Sequence record: KJ019143.1
Strand: one strand, 5' to 3'
Length of the DNA stretch: 64,000 bases
The notes beneath the pieces are model-generated. The model worked only from the letters and a program-made list of their open reading frames with translations, made no database searches and was not told the DNA's origin. Below are positions 18,607 to 28,924 of this stretch, piece by piece; within the stretch, counting starts at the first letter, position 1; every line of letters begins with the position of its first letter. The translations under genes and the position numbers were made by a program.

Positions 18607-18778
18607 ACTAGATATTCTAATAAAAGCCTTCAGGAAACTGAGGGAAGACGCAGGGATGACTGTAGGTGGTGGTAACATCGCCGGTATGCCTCCAGAAGAT
18701 ACTGATCCCCCTGTGGATCTAAAGAAGAAAAAGAAGAAGGTATTATCTACCTTCCGTAGAAGTTTACCCAACCAGTAG
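18593..18778 (+). CDS. small hypothetical protein
   Basis: 61 aa, GGGNIAG and poly-Lys tail; overlaps upstream gene. Confidence 0.65.
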   Translation: MSHPKLDILIKAFRKLREDAGMTVGGGNIAGMPPEDTDPPVDLKKKKKKVLSTFRRSLPNQ

Positions 18779-18785
18779 GAAGTTT

Positions 18786-19172
18786 ATGTTCCAGAGGAAT
18801 GACAATGTGAAATTGGCAGTCCTTGAGGAGAAACTAAGCACAGCAACTGATGTTATCTCCAAACTCGATGAGAATATCGAGCAACTTAGTCATCTTAGTG
18901 TCAATGTCAGCAAGATGCTAGCTGTCCACGAGGAAAAGCTAGAGGTTTCTAGGGAAGTTTCTCTGGAAACTGAAAAGGAATTAGGAGAACTATCGGATAG
19001 ATTAGACGAAAAGTATAATTGTCTATCCAGAAGACTCTCTGTTTTGGAACGCAGAGTCTGGATGGCTGCAGGTGCCTTTGCTATTATAGGTATCTGTCTT
19101 CAAATTGGTATTATAGAGGGTGTTTCATTATCCCAAAAGTCTGTTATAATGGAGGTGTCCCCGACTGAGTGA
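18786..19172 (+). CDS. coiled-coil protein with C-terminal transmembrane helix
   Basis: Heptad Leu pattern then WMAAGAFAIIGICLQIGII. Confidence 0.7.
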   Translation: MFQRNDNVKLAVLEEKLSTATDVISKLDENIEQLSHLSVNVSKMLAVHEEKLEVSREVSLETEKELGELSDRLDEKYNCLSRRLSVLERRVWMAAGAFAIIGICLQIGIIEGVSLSQKSVIMEVSPTE

Positions 19173-19179
19173 ATACTGA

Positions 19180-20160
19180 ATGGATTTTGTTGATTCCAAG
19201 TTCATAAGTCTAGTATCCTCTCGCTTAGAGAAGTTCAAACAGAAGAAGTCTGACCTGTATAACTGCAGGTGTCCCATTTGTGGAGACTCTTCTAGGAACC
19301 GAACTAAAGCGAGGGGATATATTTATGCAGTGAAACAAAATACAAACTACAAATGCCACAACTGTGGTGTGAGTATGTCATTCTCTAACTTCCTGAAGGA
19401 GATAGATCCAGTATTACATAAGCAATATGTCTTTGAGAAGTTCAAGGGAAAGAACTCTACGCCCATCAAGAACGTTAAGTCAGTTCTGGATAAGTTTTCC
19501 TACGAACCCAAGTTCAAGAAGAAGACAAAGATTGATTTGCCCTCCGCCTTTGATGTAAAACTATCTAAGGAGTATCTGGATAACAGAAAGATTACCTCTG
19601 GGGAGTTTTATTACACAGATAACTTCAAAGAGTTTGTGAATGTAATCAAACCAAGAACGTTTGATGACGAACGTGGGGGACCTAGAATTGTAATTCCCCT
19701 GTATGACAGGGATGGTGTATTGTTTGGGTTACAGGGAAGATCTCTCCTCCCCAGTAAGGTTAAATACATCACAATCATCCTTGATGAAGACCAACCAAAA
19801 GTGTATGGTTTGGAGAAGATAGACCCCACACAGAGGGTTTATCTAGTGGAAGGTCCTTTCGATTCCACATTCATAAATAACTCACTCGCTATGTGTGGTG
19901 CTGATGTAGTATTAGATACACTGGGACTACAGGAACTAGTATATGTGTACGATAACGAACCTCGTAATAGAGAAATCTGCAATAGGATTAATAAAGTTAT
20001 CGATCAGGGTAAGAAAGTTGTTATTTTCCCCACAAATATAGAACAAAAGGACATCAATGATATGATCTTAGCAGGGCATGATATAATGACTGTATTGGGA
20101 TCCAATGTCTACCAAGGACTAACTGCTAAAATTAAGTATAACGAATGGAAAAGATTATGA
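19180..20160 (+). CDS. 61: T4 gp61-like DNA primase
   Basis: Zn finger CPICGD...CHNC; TOPRIM VEGPFDS and YDNEPRN. Confidence 0.95.
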   Translation: MDFVDSKFISLVSSRLEKFKQKKSDLYNCRCPICGDSSRNRTKARGYIYAVKQNTNYKCHNCGVSMSFSNFLKEIDPVLHKQYVFEKFKGKNSTPIKNVKSVLDKFSYEPKFKKKTKIDLPSAFDVKLSKEYLDNRKITSGEFYYTDNFKEFVNVIKPRTFDDERGGPRIVIPLYDRDGVLFGLQGRSLLPSKVKYITIILDEDQPKVYGLEKIDPTQRVYLVEGPFDSTFINNSLAMCGADVVLDTLGLQELVYVYDNEPRNREICNRINKVIDQGKKVVIFPTNIEQKDINDMILAGHDIMTVLGSNVYQGLTAKIKYNEWKRL

Positions 20161-22457
20161 ATTCTGTGATCAGTGTTGTTAAGAGGTCTGGTGACAAGGA
20201 AGTACTTGACATTAACAAACTTCACGTAATGGTCGAGGCTGCTTGTGACGATCTATCTGGAGTCTCTGCCTCACAGGTAGAGATGAACTCAAATATTCAG
20301 TTCTATGATGGAATTACAACTGATGCAATTCAGGAAATTCTTATTAAGAGTGCTTCTGATTTGATTGATCTTGATCACCCAAACTATCAGTTTGTTGCTG
20401 CTAGGTTGTTGTTGTTTGCTGTACGCAAACAGGTTTTTGATCGGATGCATGAACTACCTGATGTTAAGTCGCATGTTAGGAAGTGTGTAGACGCAGGTGT
20501 TTATGATGCCGAAATCTTTGATCTCTATAGTGACGAAGAGTTTGCTGAGTTTGATAAGATTATCAATCACGACAGGGACTATATCTTCACCTTTGCTGGT
20601 CTCCGTCAGGTGGTAGATAAGTATTTGGTTCAGGATAGGACCAATAATAAGATGTATGAAACACCTCAGTTCATGTATCTCCTTATCGCCGCTACTATCT
20701 TCTCTCAGTATCCCAGAGATACAAGAATGTCCTATGTGAAACGTTACTATGACGCAATCTCAAAGCACCGCATCAATATTCCAACGCCTATTATGGCAGG
20801 CGTTAGAACGCCCCTTAGGCAGTTCGCTAGCTGCGTTCTTATTGATTCCGACGACAGTCTCGATTCTATCTTTAGTTCTGATATGGCTATTGGCAGATAT
20901 GTTGCGCAAAGAGCTGGAATCGGGATCAACGCTGGTAGAATCCGTGGACTCAACAGTAAGATCCGTGGTGGAGAGGTCAGTCATACAGGGGTAATTCCTT
21001 TCCTTAAGAAGTTTGAAACTACCGTTAGGTGTTGTACCCAGAACGGTATCAGGGGAGGTTCGGCAACAGTTCACTTCCCTATCTGGCACCAAGAGATCGA
21101 AGATATCATGGTGTTGAAGAATAACAAGGGTACAGAAGACAACCGAGTGAGGAAACTTGACTACTCCATCCAACTATCAAAGATTTTCTACGAGCGTTTC
21201 ATCCAGAATGGAGAGATTAGCTTGTTCTCACCGCACGATACGCCGGGGCTCTATGATGCTTTTGGCACTGATCGATTTGATGAGCTTTATGTTCATTACG
21301 AACGAACTCACGATGTACCAAGAACGACACACAAAGCACAAGAGTTAATCATGGATCTCTTGAAGGAGAGATCTGAGACTGGTCGTATCTACTTAATGAA
21401 TATCGATCATTGTAACTCCCACTCGTCCTTCTTGGATAAGGTGGAGATGTCTAACCTCTGTCAGGAGATTACACTACCTACAAGACCCCTAAACCATATC
21501 GATGATACCGAAGGTGAGATTGCTCTCTGTATCCTCTCTGCGTTGAACGTAGGTAAGTTACGCAACCTAGAAGAGATGGAGGAGCTATGTGACTTGGCAA
21601 TTCGTGGTTTAGATGAACTCATTGACTTCCAGAACTACCCCATCAAGGCAGCTGAAATTGCCACTAAGAATCGTAGGTCTCTAGGTGTTGGTTACATTGG
21701 GTTGGCACACTACCTAGCGAAACATAGAGTTGGGTATAATGATCAGGAAGCATTCCAATTGGTTCATGATCTAACTGAACACTTCCAGTACTATCTAATC
21801 AAGGCAACAACTAATCTCGCCAAAGAGAAAGGAGCTTGTGGTTGGTCTGATCGTACTAAGTATAGTCAGGGTATTCTACCTATTGACACATACAAGAGTG
21901 ATGTGGATGAGATTGTTCCTAACGTTCTCACACTAGACTGGGAAGCTCTACGAGCCGATTGTCTGAAGTATGGAGTCCGTAACTCCACTCTATCCGCACA
22001 GATGCCCTCTGAGTCCTCCTCAGTCGTCTGTAACGCCACTAACGGTATCGAACCACCCAGAGGGTTCCTATCGGTGAAGAAGTCCAAGAAGGGAACCCTG
22101 AAACAGATTGTTCCTTCCTATCCATACCTCAAGCAGTTCTACACTCTCCTATGGGAAATGGGTAGTAACGAGGGATACATCAAGATTGTGGCTGTGATGC
22201 AGAAGTTCTTTGACCAGGCTATCTCTGGGAACTGGTCTTACAACCCTAAGGACTACCCAAATAATGAGGTTCCAATGAGTGAGATGGTCAAAGATTGGCT
22301 CACTACATATAAGTACGGTTGGAAGACTTCTTACTACCAAAACACATATGATATGTCCACCGATACTGGGGAATCTGACACCAAAGAAGAACTAGAAACA
22401 TTACTGTCACAGATCGAACTCCTCGAAGATGACGACTGTGACAGTTGTAAAATCTAA
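20145..22457 (+). CDS. nrdA: ribonucleotide reductase class Ia alpha subunit
   Basis: ATP cone VVKRSG, FASCVL, SNLCQEI, YYQNT, C-terminal CDSC; start may be 20157. Confidence 0.97.
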   Translation: MEKIMNSVISVVKRSGDKEVLDINKLHVMVEAACDDLSGVSASQVEMNSNIQFYDGITTDAIQEILIKSASDLIDLDHPNYQFVAARLLLFAVRKQVFDRMHELPDVKSHVRKCVDAGVYDAEIFDLYSDEEFAEFDKIINHDRDYIFTFAGLRQVVDKYLVQDRTNNKMYETPQFMYLLIAATIFSQYPRDTRMSYVKRYYDAISKHRINIPTPIMAGVRTPLRQFASCVLIDSDDSLDSIFSSDMAIGRYVAQRAGIGINAGRIRGLNSKIRGGEVSHTGVIPFLKKFETTVRCCTQNGIRGGSATVHFPIWHQEIEDIMVLKNNKGTEDNRVRKLDYSIQLSKIFYERFIQNGEISLFSPHDTPGLYDAFGTDRFDELYVHYERTHDVPRTTHKAQELIMDLLKERSETGRIYLMNIDHCNSHSSFLDKVEMSNLCQEITLPTRPLNHIDDTEGEIALCILSALNVGKLRNLEEMEELCDLAIRGLDELIDFQNYPIKAAEIATKNRRSLGVGYIGLAHYLAKHRVGYNDQEAFQLVHDLTEHFQYYLIKATTNLAKEKGACGWSDRTKYSQGILPIDTYKSDVDEIVPNVLTLDWEALRADCLKYGVRNSTLSAQMPSESSSVVCNATNGIEPPRGFLSVKKSKKGTLKQIVPSYPYLKQFYTLLWEMGSNEGYIKIVAVMQKFFDQAISGNWSYNPKDYPNNEVPMSEMVKDWLTTYKYGWKTSYYQNTYDMSTDTGESDTKEELETLLSQIELLEDDDCDSCKI

Positions 22458-22514
22458 TTCATAACGTGATATAATAGGATCACTACCCAAACCATAAACT
22501 AACTCTCACCAACT

Positions 22515-23681
22515 ATGAAGTTTCTAACAAATACAGGAAATATTGAAGGAATGACCGTGTTTAATCAGAATGAAGTTGATGCTAAGACCCAACCAATGTT
22601 TTTTGGTAAGCCCCTGGGGATACAACGTTATGATACCTTCAAGTATCCTATCTTTGAGAAGCTAACTCAACAACAACTAGGATACTTCTGGAAACCTGAG
22701 GAGATCTCTCTCCAGAAGGATAGATCTGACTATCAGAAGCTACGTCCAGAACAGAAACACATCTTCACTTCTAACCTGAAGTATCAGATTCTTCTAGATT
22801 CTGTACAGGGTCGCGGTCCTGGTATGGCTTTTGCTCCTTATTGCTCTCTCCCAGAACTAGAGGGTTGTCTAAAGGCTTGGGAGTTTATGGAGATGATTCA
22901 TAGTAGATCTTATACTCATATCATCAAGAACCTATACCCAGATCCTTCTGAAGTATTTGATACTATTCTGACAGATGAAAAGATCCTTGAGCGAGCAAAG
23001 ACGGTTACAGCGGCTTATAACGAATTCATTAATGCCGCTCACGAATACGACAACGGCAACACATGGCAACACGCAAATGAAGACGTACCTGCGGCTCTTA
23101 TCAACCGTTATGACCTTAAGCGTAAGCTTTACCGTGCTATGGCTAACGTTAATATCCTAGAGGGTATTCGTTTCTATGTTTCCTTTGCCTGTTCTTTCGC
23201 CTTTGGTGAGTTGAAGCAGATGGAGGCATCAGCCAAGATCATTTCACTCATTGCCCGTGACGAATCACAACACCTAGTTATCAGTCAGAACATTCTGAAG
23301 AACTGGAGGAATGGTGATGATCCTGATATGATCAAGATTGCTGAGGAACAGAAGCCTTGGTTGATTGAAACCTTCAAGTTGGCAGTGGATCAGGAGAAAG
23401 CCTGGGCGGAATACCTCTTTAAAGATGGTTCTATGATTGGTTTGAACGAGAAACTACTAGGAAACTATGTTGAGTGGATTGCTAACCGTCGTATGAAGGC
23501 TGTTGGTCTAGAACCCATCTACGATATCGCAGCTAAGAACAACCCCCTCCCCTGGACAGAACACTGGTTGAACTCCAAGAGTGTTCAGGTTGCCCCTCAG
23601 GAGACTGAGATTACCTCCTATATCGTTGGTAATGTGAACCAGGATGTGAAATCAGATCAGTTTGCTAACTTCTCCCTATAA
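22515..23681 (+). CDS. nrdB: ribonucleotide reductase class Ia beta subunit
   Basis: FWKPEEI, EMIHSRSYTH, LEGIRFYVSF, DESQH, APQETEITSY. Confidence 0.97.
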   Translation: MKFLTNTGNIEGMTVFNQNEVDAKTQPMFFGKPLGIQRYDTFKYPIFEKLTQQQLGYFWKPEEISLQKDRSDYQKLRPEQKHIFTSNLKYQILLDSVQGRGPGMAFAPYCSLPELEGCLKAWEFMEMIHSRSYTHIIKNLYPDPSEVFDTILTDEKILERAKTVTAAYNEFINAAHEYDNGNTWQHANEDVPAALINRYDLKRKLYRAMANVNILEGIRFYVSFACSFAFGELKQMEASAKIISLIARDESQHLVISQNILKNWRNGDDPDMIKIAEEQKPWLIETFKLAVDQEKAWAEYLFKDGSMIGLNEKLLGNYVEWIANRRMKAVGLEPIYDIAAKNNPLPWTEHWLNSKSVQVAPQETEITSYIVGNVNQDVKSDQFANFSL

Positions 23682-23686
23682 TTTGA

Positions 23687-24328
23687 ATGGAACTATATTA
23701 TGAAAAGTTAGATAAGAATCTCTATGTATTAGATGATTTCTTTACTATGGATGAATTCATGCCGTTACATGATGAACTACACGGCATGTACCATACTTTT
23801 TTGAGAAAGAGGGAGAGATATACGGGTGGTGAAAACCCATATTGGTTTGCACTCAGTAAGAATGATACTCCAAATTCATCACCAAATAACGGACTCGGGG
23901 AAAATATGGTTTTCCTCGATAGAGCCACAAAGATAAGATGGGCAATAAACAAAATACTGAGACCTGATTTCTCCTTTTACCTGAAGAGAATCAATACTAA
24001 CCTGCAATGGAAGTTTCAGGATTCATCTTTCCATTTAGATTCGTATAGTAATGAACTAGACGAGAAATACTGGGGTTGGACTTTCCTCGCCTGCACCCAA
24101 ACGGATTGGGATTATGAGTGGGGAGGTGAGTTTGTGTGTCAGGTTGCAGACAGAACCTACAAAAACATCTCATATTCACCAAATAGGTGTATACTATTCA
24201 ATGGGGATTGTTCCCATAGGGGAGCTGCCCCCAATATCTTTGCACGGGATGTTAGAACTACCGTAGCTTGGACATTTGTATCTGTGGACGCACATATAAC
24301 CCCCGATGCAACTAGCCATATTTCCTAG
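23687..24328 (+). CDS. 2OG-Fe(II) oxygenase
   Basis: FHLD, WGGEF, ILFNGDCSHRGAAP, RTTVAW. Confidence 0.8.
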   Translation: MELYYEKLDKNLYVLDDFFTMDEFMPLHDELHGMYHTFLRKRERYTGGENPYWFALSKNDTPNSSPNNGLGENMVFLDRATKIRWAINKILRPDFSFYLKRINTNLQWKFQDSSFHLDSYSNELDEKYWGWTFLACTQTDWDYEWGGEFVCQVADRTYKNISYSPNRCILFNGDCSHRGAAPNIFARDVRTTVAWTFVSVDAHITPDATSHIS

Positions 24329-24375
24329 ATAGTCACGTCACATGATAGAATGACGTATATCACTAGGAGGATGTC

Positions 24376-24591
24376 ATGTCGAGTGAACCATTTCTTGAAT
24401 GGATGGTGAAGCCGCCCATTTCAGATGAAGAGTTGATGTTGATTTGCCTAAAGAATGCCCCGTGTGGTACGAATAGGAAGCAAGCAATGAAATTGATCAG
24501 AGTGTTGGAAGTAAAGTTGGCGGAACCTACGGGATTTGCTAATATATTTCCACAACCCAAACCAGGTGGGGAGTCTGATTATGCTGGGTAA
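24376..24591 (+). CDS. hypothetical protein
   Basis: AGGAGG RBS, 71 aa. Confidence 0.7.
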   Translation: MSSEPFLEWMVKPPISDEELMLICLKNAPCGTNRKQAMKLIRVLEVKLAEPTGFANIFPQPKPGGESDYAG

Positions 24592-24709
24592 TGTTTTACT
24601 TTGGATATCAATTCCCTTTGTAGTTGCTACCATATTCTTTGGTATCTACAGAGGTGAAAATTATTATTATGAGAGTAGTGACTATGATGGAAATGGAACA
24701 TCGCATTAA
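24581..24709 (+). CDS. small membrane protein (42 aa)
   Basis: Hand-translated MLGNVLLWISIPFVVATIFFG...YYESSDYDGNGTSH. Confidence 0.6.
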   Translation: MLGNVLLWISIPFVVATIFFGIYRGENYYYESSDYDGNGTSH

Positions 24710-24902
24710 GATGCGTTACGAATTCGCTATGAGTTCGTTCGCTAGAATGTACGGAGTGAGAGCTGTTTCTGGATCAGGGCACCATGTCAAATTCTGCAAA
24801 AGGTGGGCAGATACTAGTGTTGAGGAAGCTCCTAATGGAACTCTAACTGAAGTTGATTTCTACTTCAGGGATTTGTGGGACATTTGGGGGGAGTATATAT
24901 AA
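24684..24902 (+). CDS. hypothetical protein
   Basis: RIKMRYEFAMSSFARMYG...DFYFRDLW; start shortened from the track ORF. Confidence 0.65.
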   Translation: MMEMEHRIKMRYEFAMSSFARMYGVRAVSGSGHHVKFCKRWADTSVEEAPNGTLTEVDFYFRDLWDIWGEYI

Positions 24903-24993
24903 TGAGAACATATATTCCAGCGTTTTTCATACTAACCTTTGTGATAGTATTTGTTACTTGGGGATTGAATAACGCCTACCCATAAAATTACAT

Positions 24994-25137
24994 ATGATTG
25001 CTTCGTATAAGAAACTCGAAACGGAAAACTTCATGTTGCGTTTGGAAGTCGAGAGACTACGAATGGCACTACAAGAGACCCAAAACGAGTGGTCACACCC
25101 AGAGTCTTGTGTTAGAAAACAAAGTCTCTGGAAATAG
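24994..25137 (+). CDS. small hypothetical protein (47 aa)
   Basis: Hand-translated, ends just before terminator. Confidence 0.55.
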   Translation: MIASYKKLETENFMLRLEVERLRMALQETQNEWSHPESCVRKQSLWK

Positions 25138-25140
25138 GTT

Positions 25141-25179
25141 AGGGGGGTGGTTGCCACCTCCCTTTTTTTGTGCTATAAT
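25141..25179 (+). terminator. intrinsic terminator with embedded sigma70 promoter
   Basis: GGGGGGTGG-ttg-CCACCTCCC-T7; TTGCCA (25151), 17 bp, TATAAT (25174). Confidence 0.75.
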
Positions 25180-25404
25180 ACCTTTGTGAAGGGAAACAGG
25201 GGCTGCTTAGCATCTAAATACTTAATGAGAGGAGTTATCATTTAATATGGCATACAGAGTTTGGCATTCACCAATAAAGAGTATTATCCTACAAACCTAT
25301 GAAGAGGTAGTTGTATACTATGCAATGCAAAGAGCAGCACATAACACTACTCCAGAAGGTTGGGAAGAAGTTGCTGCATAGATAGGGTAGAATGATTATG
25401 TTAT

Positions 25405-25845
25405 GTGAAAGAAGTAGATTATGAGAACCCATGGATCTATCTGGAGAATCCCTTTACTGATAATGATGTTCTGGACTACTTTGGTTTTGTTTATCGTATT
25501 ACCAATAAGACAACAGGGAGAAAGTACCTGGGAAGAAAGGTATTTTGGTTCCACAGAAAGCCTCCTGGTAAGAAACGAAGGGTAAAGAAACCATCAGACT
25601 GGAAGAAGTACTATGGATCCAGTGATGAACTTAAAGCAGATATTCAACTCTTAGGGAAAGATATCTTCACCAGGGAGATTATATCATTGCATAAGACCCT
25701 AGGAAAGACAAACTTTGCAGAGACAGAAGCACTCTTCCAATACAAAGTATTGACAGAGAAACTTGACGATGGGTCTCCAATGTATTATAATGCGAATATA
25801 CTTTCGAGATACTACAGGAAAGACTACTTTGATTATGAGGACTAA
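25405..25845 (+). CDS. GIY-YIG-like nuclease
   Basis: GFVYRITNKTTGRKYLGRK...WKKYYGSS...E. Confidence 0.75.
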   Translation: MKEVDYENPWIYLENPFTDNDVLDYFGFVYRITNKTTGRKYLGRKVFWFHRKPPGKKRRVKKPSDWKKYYGSSDELKADIQLLGKDIFTREIISLHKTLGKTNFAETEALFQYKVLTEKLDDGSPMYYNANILSRYYRKDYFDYED

Positions 25846-26933
25846 TGAGTTATTTTACTGATCGTTTTGGTGATACCTATAAGGTTATCCGTAACTATAT
25901 CTCTAGTGAAGAAGCAAATACTTTAGGAGAGAACTATAAAGAGTTTGTATCTACTGATGGGGTGCCTACAGAGGCAACCATGATTACTTCGAATGCATAT
26001 GATTTCTACAACAGACCTGAACAGGTAGCACTACTATCAGAGAAAGTATCACATATTAATGAACTATTGGGTAAGAAAGTTCTTCCTGCCTATTCCTTTG
26101 TTAGACAATACGGAGTTGGATCCTTTCTAGGCAAACATACGGACAGAAAGTCCTGTGAGGTATCTCTGAGTATCCACCTGTGTGGTGATAAGGAATGGCC
26201 GTTCTGTATAGAGGATAAGGAAGGAAACCCCGTAGAACTCATCCTACACCCCGGAGATGCAGTTCTATATGATGCACCCAATGCAACTCACTGGAGAGAA
26301 GAATATGATGGTGAGTTCTATATTCAAACCTTTCATCACTATGTAACTTTAGGTGGTGAGTATGAGAATCTATTCTTTGATAATAATGATAAAGAATTCT
26401 CACTAACCAATTATATTAAACAATATAAGGAATCAGTACCTCCTGATATCTGTGATATGATTGTTAAATACGCAGAACAATTCCCCAATAGGTGGGAAAA
26501 TGCTACTACTATACAATCTATAAAAGATAATACTATTGATACTAGGATATGTGAGAGTTGGAATGTTTTACCAACTGATAGTATTGATGATGTTGTTTAT
26601 AAGTATATAACTGAAGCATCTTCTAAGTTCTGTAATACCTTCCCACACTTTAATCTTACTCAGGACACTGGATATCAGATTTTAAGATACAAACCAGGTG
26701 GTAAGTATGACTACCATACAGATCAACATGCCACTTATAACAGGGAAGTTACTATTATTCTAAACCTTAATGATGACTACGAAGGTGGTAACCTATGTCA
26801 CATTAAAGACAACCATATGATAAAGATGGGTAAGGGTGATATCATTATTTTCCCTGCTAACTTTATGTACCCACATCGTATTACTCCCATAACATCTGGT
26901 GTTAGGTATTCTATTGTGACTTGGGCAGTCTAA
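25845..26933 (+). CDS. tandem two-domain 2OG-Fe(II) oxygenase
   Basis: Domain 1 KHTDRKSCE...HWRE; domain 2 YHTD...YEGG...HRITPITSGVRYSIVTW. Confidence 0.85.
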   Translation: MSYFTDRFGDTYKVIRNYISSEEANTLGENYKEFVSTDGVPTEATMITSNAYDFYNRPEQVALLSEKVSHINELLGKKVLPAYSFVRQYGVGSFLGKHTDRKSCEVSLSIHLCGDKEWPFCIEDKEGNPVELILHPGDAVLYDAPNATHWREEYDGEFYIQTFHHYVTLGGEYENLFFDNNDKEFSLTNYIKQYKESVPPDICDMIVKYAEQFPNRWENATTIQSIKDNTIDTRICESWNVLPTDSIDDVVYKYITEASSKFCNTFPHFNLTQDTGYQILRYKPGGKYDYHTDQHATYNREVTIILNLNDDYEGGNLCHIKDNHMIKMGKGDIIIFPANFMYPHRITPITSGVRYSIVTWAV

Positions 26934-26955
26934 ATACTCTGTTATTTCGGTTACA

Positions 26956-28176
26956 GTGATGAAAATAGATTTCAGTAACTTTTTCCAATACTATGATGGT
27001 AATCTAAAGAACCATGTAGAATCAATTGCTCTACTAGAGCGTGAGATTGAAAAGGTTGCTCCCCATCTCCTCCAGGACGAAGCGGAGTGGGTTAAGTTAT
27101 ATCGTAATACTGCTCAGGTTGATAAACCTGATAAGGTTATTGCCTTACCTGTACCTTACTTCCCCCAGACAGATAACTACACACAGCCAGAGAGGACTTG
27201 TAACTCTTCCTCCTGTGCTATGTGTCTAGAATACTTTAGACCTGGGACTCTAGTTGGTTCTAAAGGTGATGACGCGTACATCAGAAAGGTATTTGCTGTA
27301 GGAGATACCACAGACCACTCAGTTCAAACTAAAGTTCTAGCAGACTATGGTGTAGATTCTGAGTTCAACTATTCACTCAGTTTTGATAACCTAGATCACG
27401 AACTTGAGAACAAGAGACCTGTTGTGATTGGTATCCTCCACAGAGGAACCCTAGCACACCCCACAGGGGGTCATATGGTGGTTGTGATAGGTAAGACGGC
27501 AGAAGGTGATTACATCTGTCACGACCCCTACGGAGACCTTAACGACGGATATACAACCAATGTATACAACGGTCAGTCTGTTGTGTATAAGAGAAATGTT
27601 CTAGAGGCTAGATGGACTCCTGACGGTCCTACCAGTGGTTGGGGGCGTACTTTCCAGGCGAAAGTAACCGCAAAAAAGTCTGAGGAGGGTAAGTTGCCCT
27701 CCGCTGGTGTTGAACTTATCAAAGAGTTTGAAGGACTTCATGTTCTAAAATCTGATGGAATGATCCATGCTTATCCTGACCCTCTATCTGGTGGTGAACC
27801 CTGGACTATTGGTTGGGGTTCTACTAGGGATCTTGATGGATCAGCATTCCATCCTGGGGATAAAATCACCAGAGAGAAAGCAGACATCCTCCTAGAGGAA
27901 CAACTTAGAAGAGATTATCTTTCTAAGTTAGAGCAAACCATTCCCTATTGGGATGAGATGAATGACAACCAGCATGGTGCTCTACTCAGTTTTGGGTATA
28001 ACCTAGGAGCCAGTTTCTATGGAAGTCCTGATTTTAACACAATAACCCGTGTTTTGCGAGACAAAGAGTGGAATAAAGTCCCCGACGCGTTATACTTGTA
28101 TCGTAACCCCGGAACTCCTGTAGAGGAGGGTCTTTCTAGACGACGGATTGCAGAAGGAGAACTTTGGGAGAGCTGA
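26956..28176 (+). CDS. modular lysin: C39-like peptidase plus GH24 lysozyme
   Basis: QTDN...RTCNSSSCAM...GGHMVVVIG...CHDPYG; ELIKEFEG...YPDP...WTIGWG...GLSRRRIAE. Confidence 0.88.
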   Translation: MMKIDFSNFFQYYDGNLKNHVESIALLEREIEKVAPHLLQDEAEWVKLYRNTAQVDKPDKVIALPVPYFPQTDNYTQPERTCNSSSCAMCLEYFRPGTLVGSKGDDAYIRKVFAVGDTTDHSVQTKVLADYGVDSEFNYSLSFDNLDHELENKRPVVIGILHRGTLAHPTGGHMVVVIGKTAEGDYICHDPYGDLNDGYTTNVYNGQSVVYKRNVLEARWTPDGPTSGWGRTFQAKVTAKKSEEGKLPSAGVELIKEFEGLHVLKSDGMIHAYPDPLSGGEPWTIGWGSTRDLDGSAFHPGDKITREKADILLEEQLRRDYLSKLEQTIPYWDEMNDNQHGALLSFGYNLGASFYGSPDFNTITRVLRDKEWNKVPDALYLYRNPGTPVEEGLSRRRIAEGELWES

Positions 28177-28596
28177 ATGATTGCACTTGATATATTCTGT
28201 GACTGGTTCACTGGGAGATGGAACAACCGTGCTCAGGCACATTCCAACCCCAGAGGTCAGGCATATGTGATGGCTAGACACGATAGGATATCAGACACAG
28301 AGTTTCGATGTGTTTATCACTACCATAGGGATAAGACCCCTTATAGGGACTTTACCCTGAATATCAACGGACATGATAGTGATATTATTCTGTCTGATAA
28401 GGAAACCAGGTTAGTTTATTCTTTATATAACGGAGCGTATACCTGTCACTTTGATAAGATAATCAAAGGAAAAAGATATGTATTTGATTCTGTATTAGCG
28501 AATACTTTCTATAAACTTAATGATCAGTGTTTTGATGGAACCCGATTAGTTCGGGGTCTAGAAACCGGTGAGTTTTATGACTTTAGAAAGGAATAA
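28177..28596 (+). CDS. cpeT: CpeT/CpcT-like phycobiliprotein lyase (short phage type)
   Basis: FCDWFTGRWNNRAQAHSNP...PYR...DQCFD...GEFYDFRK. Confidence 0.75.
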   Translation: MIALDIFCDWFTGRWNNRAQAHSNPRGQAYVMARHDRISDTEFRCVYHYHRDKTPYRDFTLNINGHDSDIILSDKETRLVYSLYNGAYTCHFDKIIKGKRYVFDSVLANTFYKLNDQCFDGTRLVRGLETGEFYDFRKE

Positions 28597-28598
28597 TA

Positions 28599-28784
28599 TT
28601 ATCTAATCCCCACCCACCAGTCGCGAGCACAGTTTGCGATTTGTTCTGCGGTGGGGTTTTCTACGCGGATAATCTCAGAGCACTCATCTATCATTTCCTC
28701 TAGATGTTTATTGCAGGTAGCGAGATCGTTCATTTGCTTGTGCCTTGATATTTTCGCAGTCATGAGAATACTAACAATGATCAC
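28599..28784 (-). CDS. small hypothetical protein on the minus strand
   Basis: 61 aa in an otherwise unoccupied gap, divergent from an AT-rich intergenic region. Confidence 0.5.
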   Translation of the reverse strand: MIIVSILMTAKISRHKQMNDLATCNKHLEEMIDECSEIIRVENPTAEQIANCARDWWVGIR

Positions 28785-28924
28785 ATATAGAGTTATTTAG
28801 TTCTCAGAGAACTCTCAGTTGTGAGAAATGTGTAATATGATATAATGTAAATATCTTCATATTTTCTTCATATACATAATGAAGAAACTATTAAGTTTCA
28901 CATTGTCGTTTGTAAATTAAAGTT

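Noticed and set aside
20145-23681. Possible introns, inteins or homing endonucleases in nrdA/nrdB
   Set aside because: Both are continuous and of normal length; the gap between them is only 57 bp.
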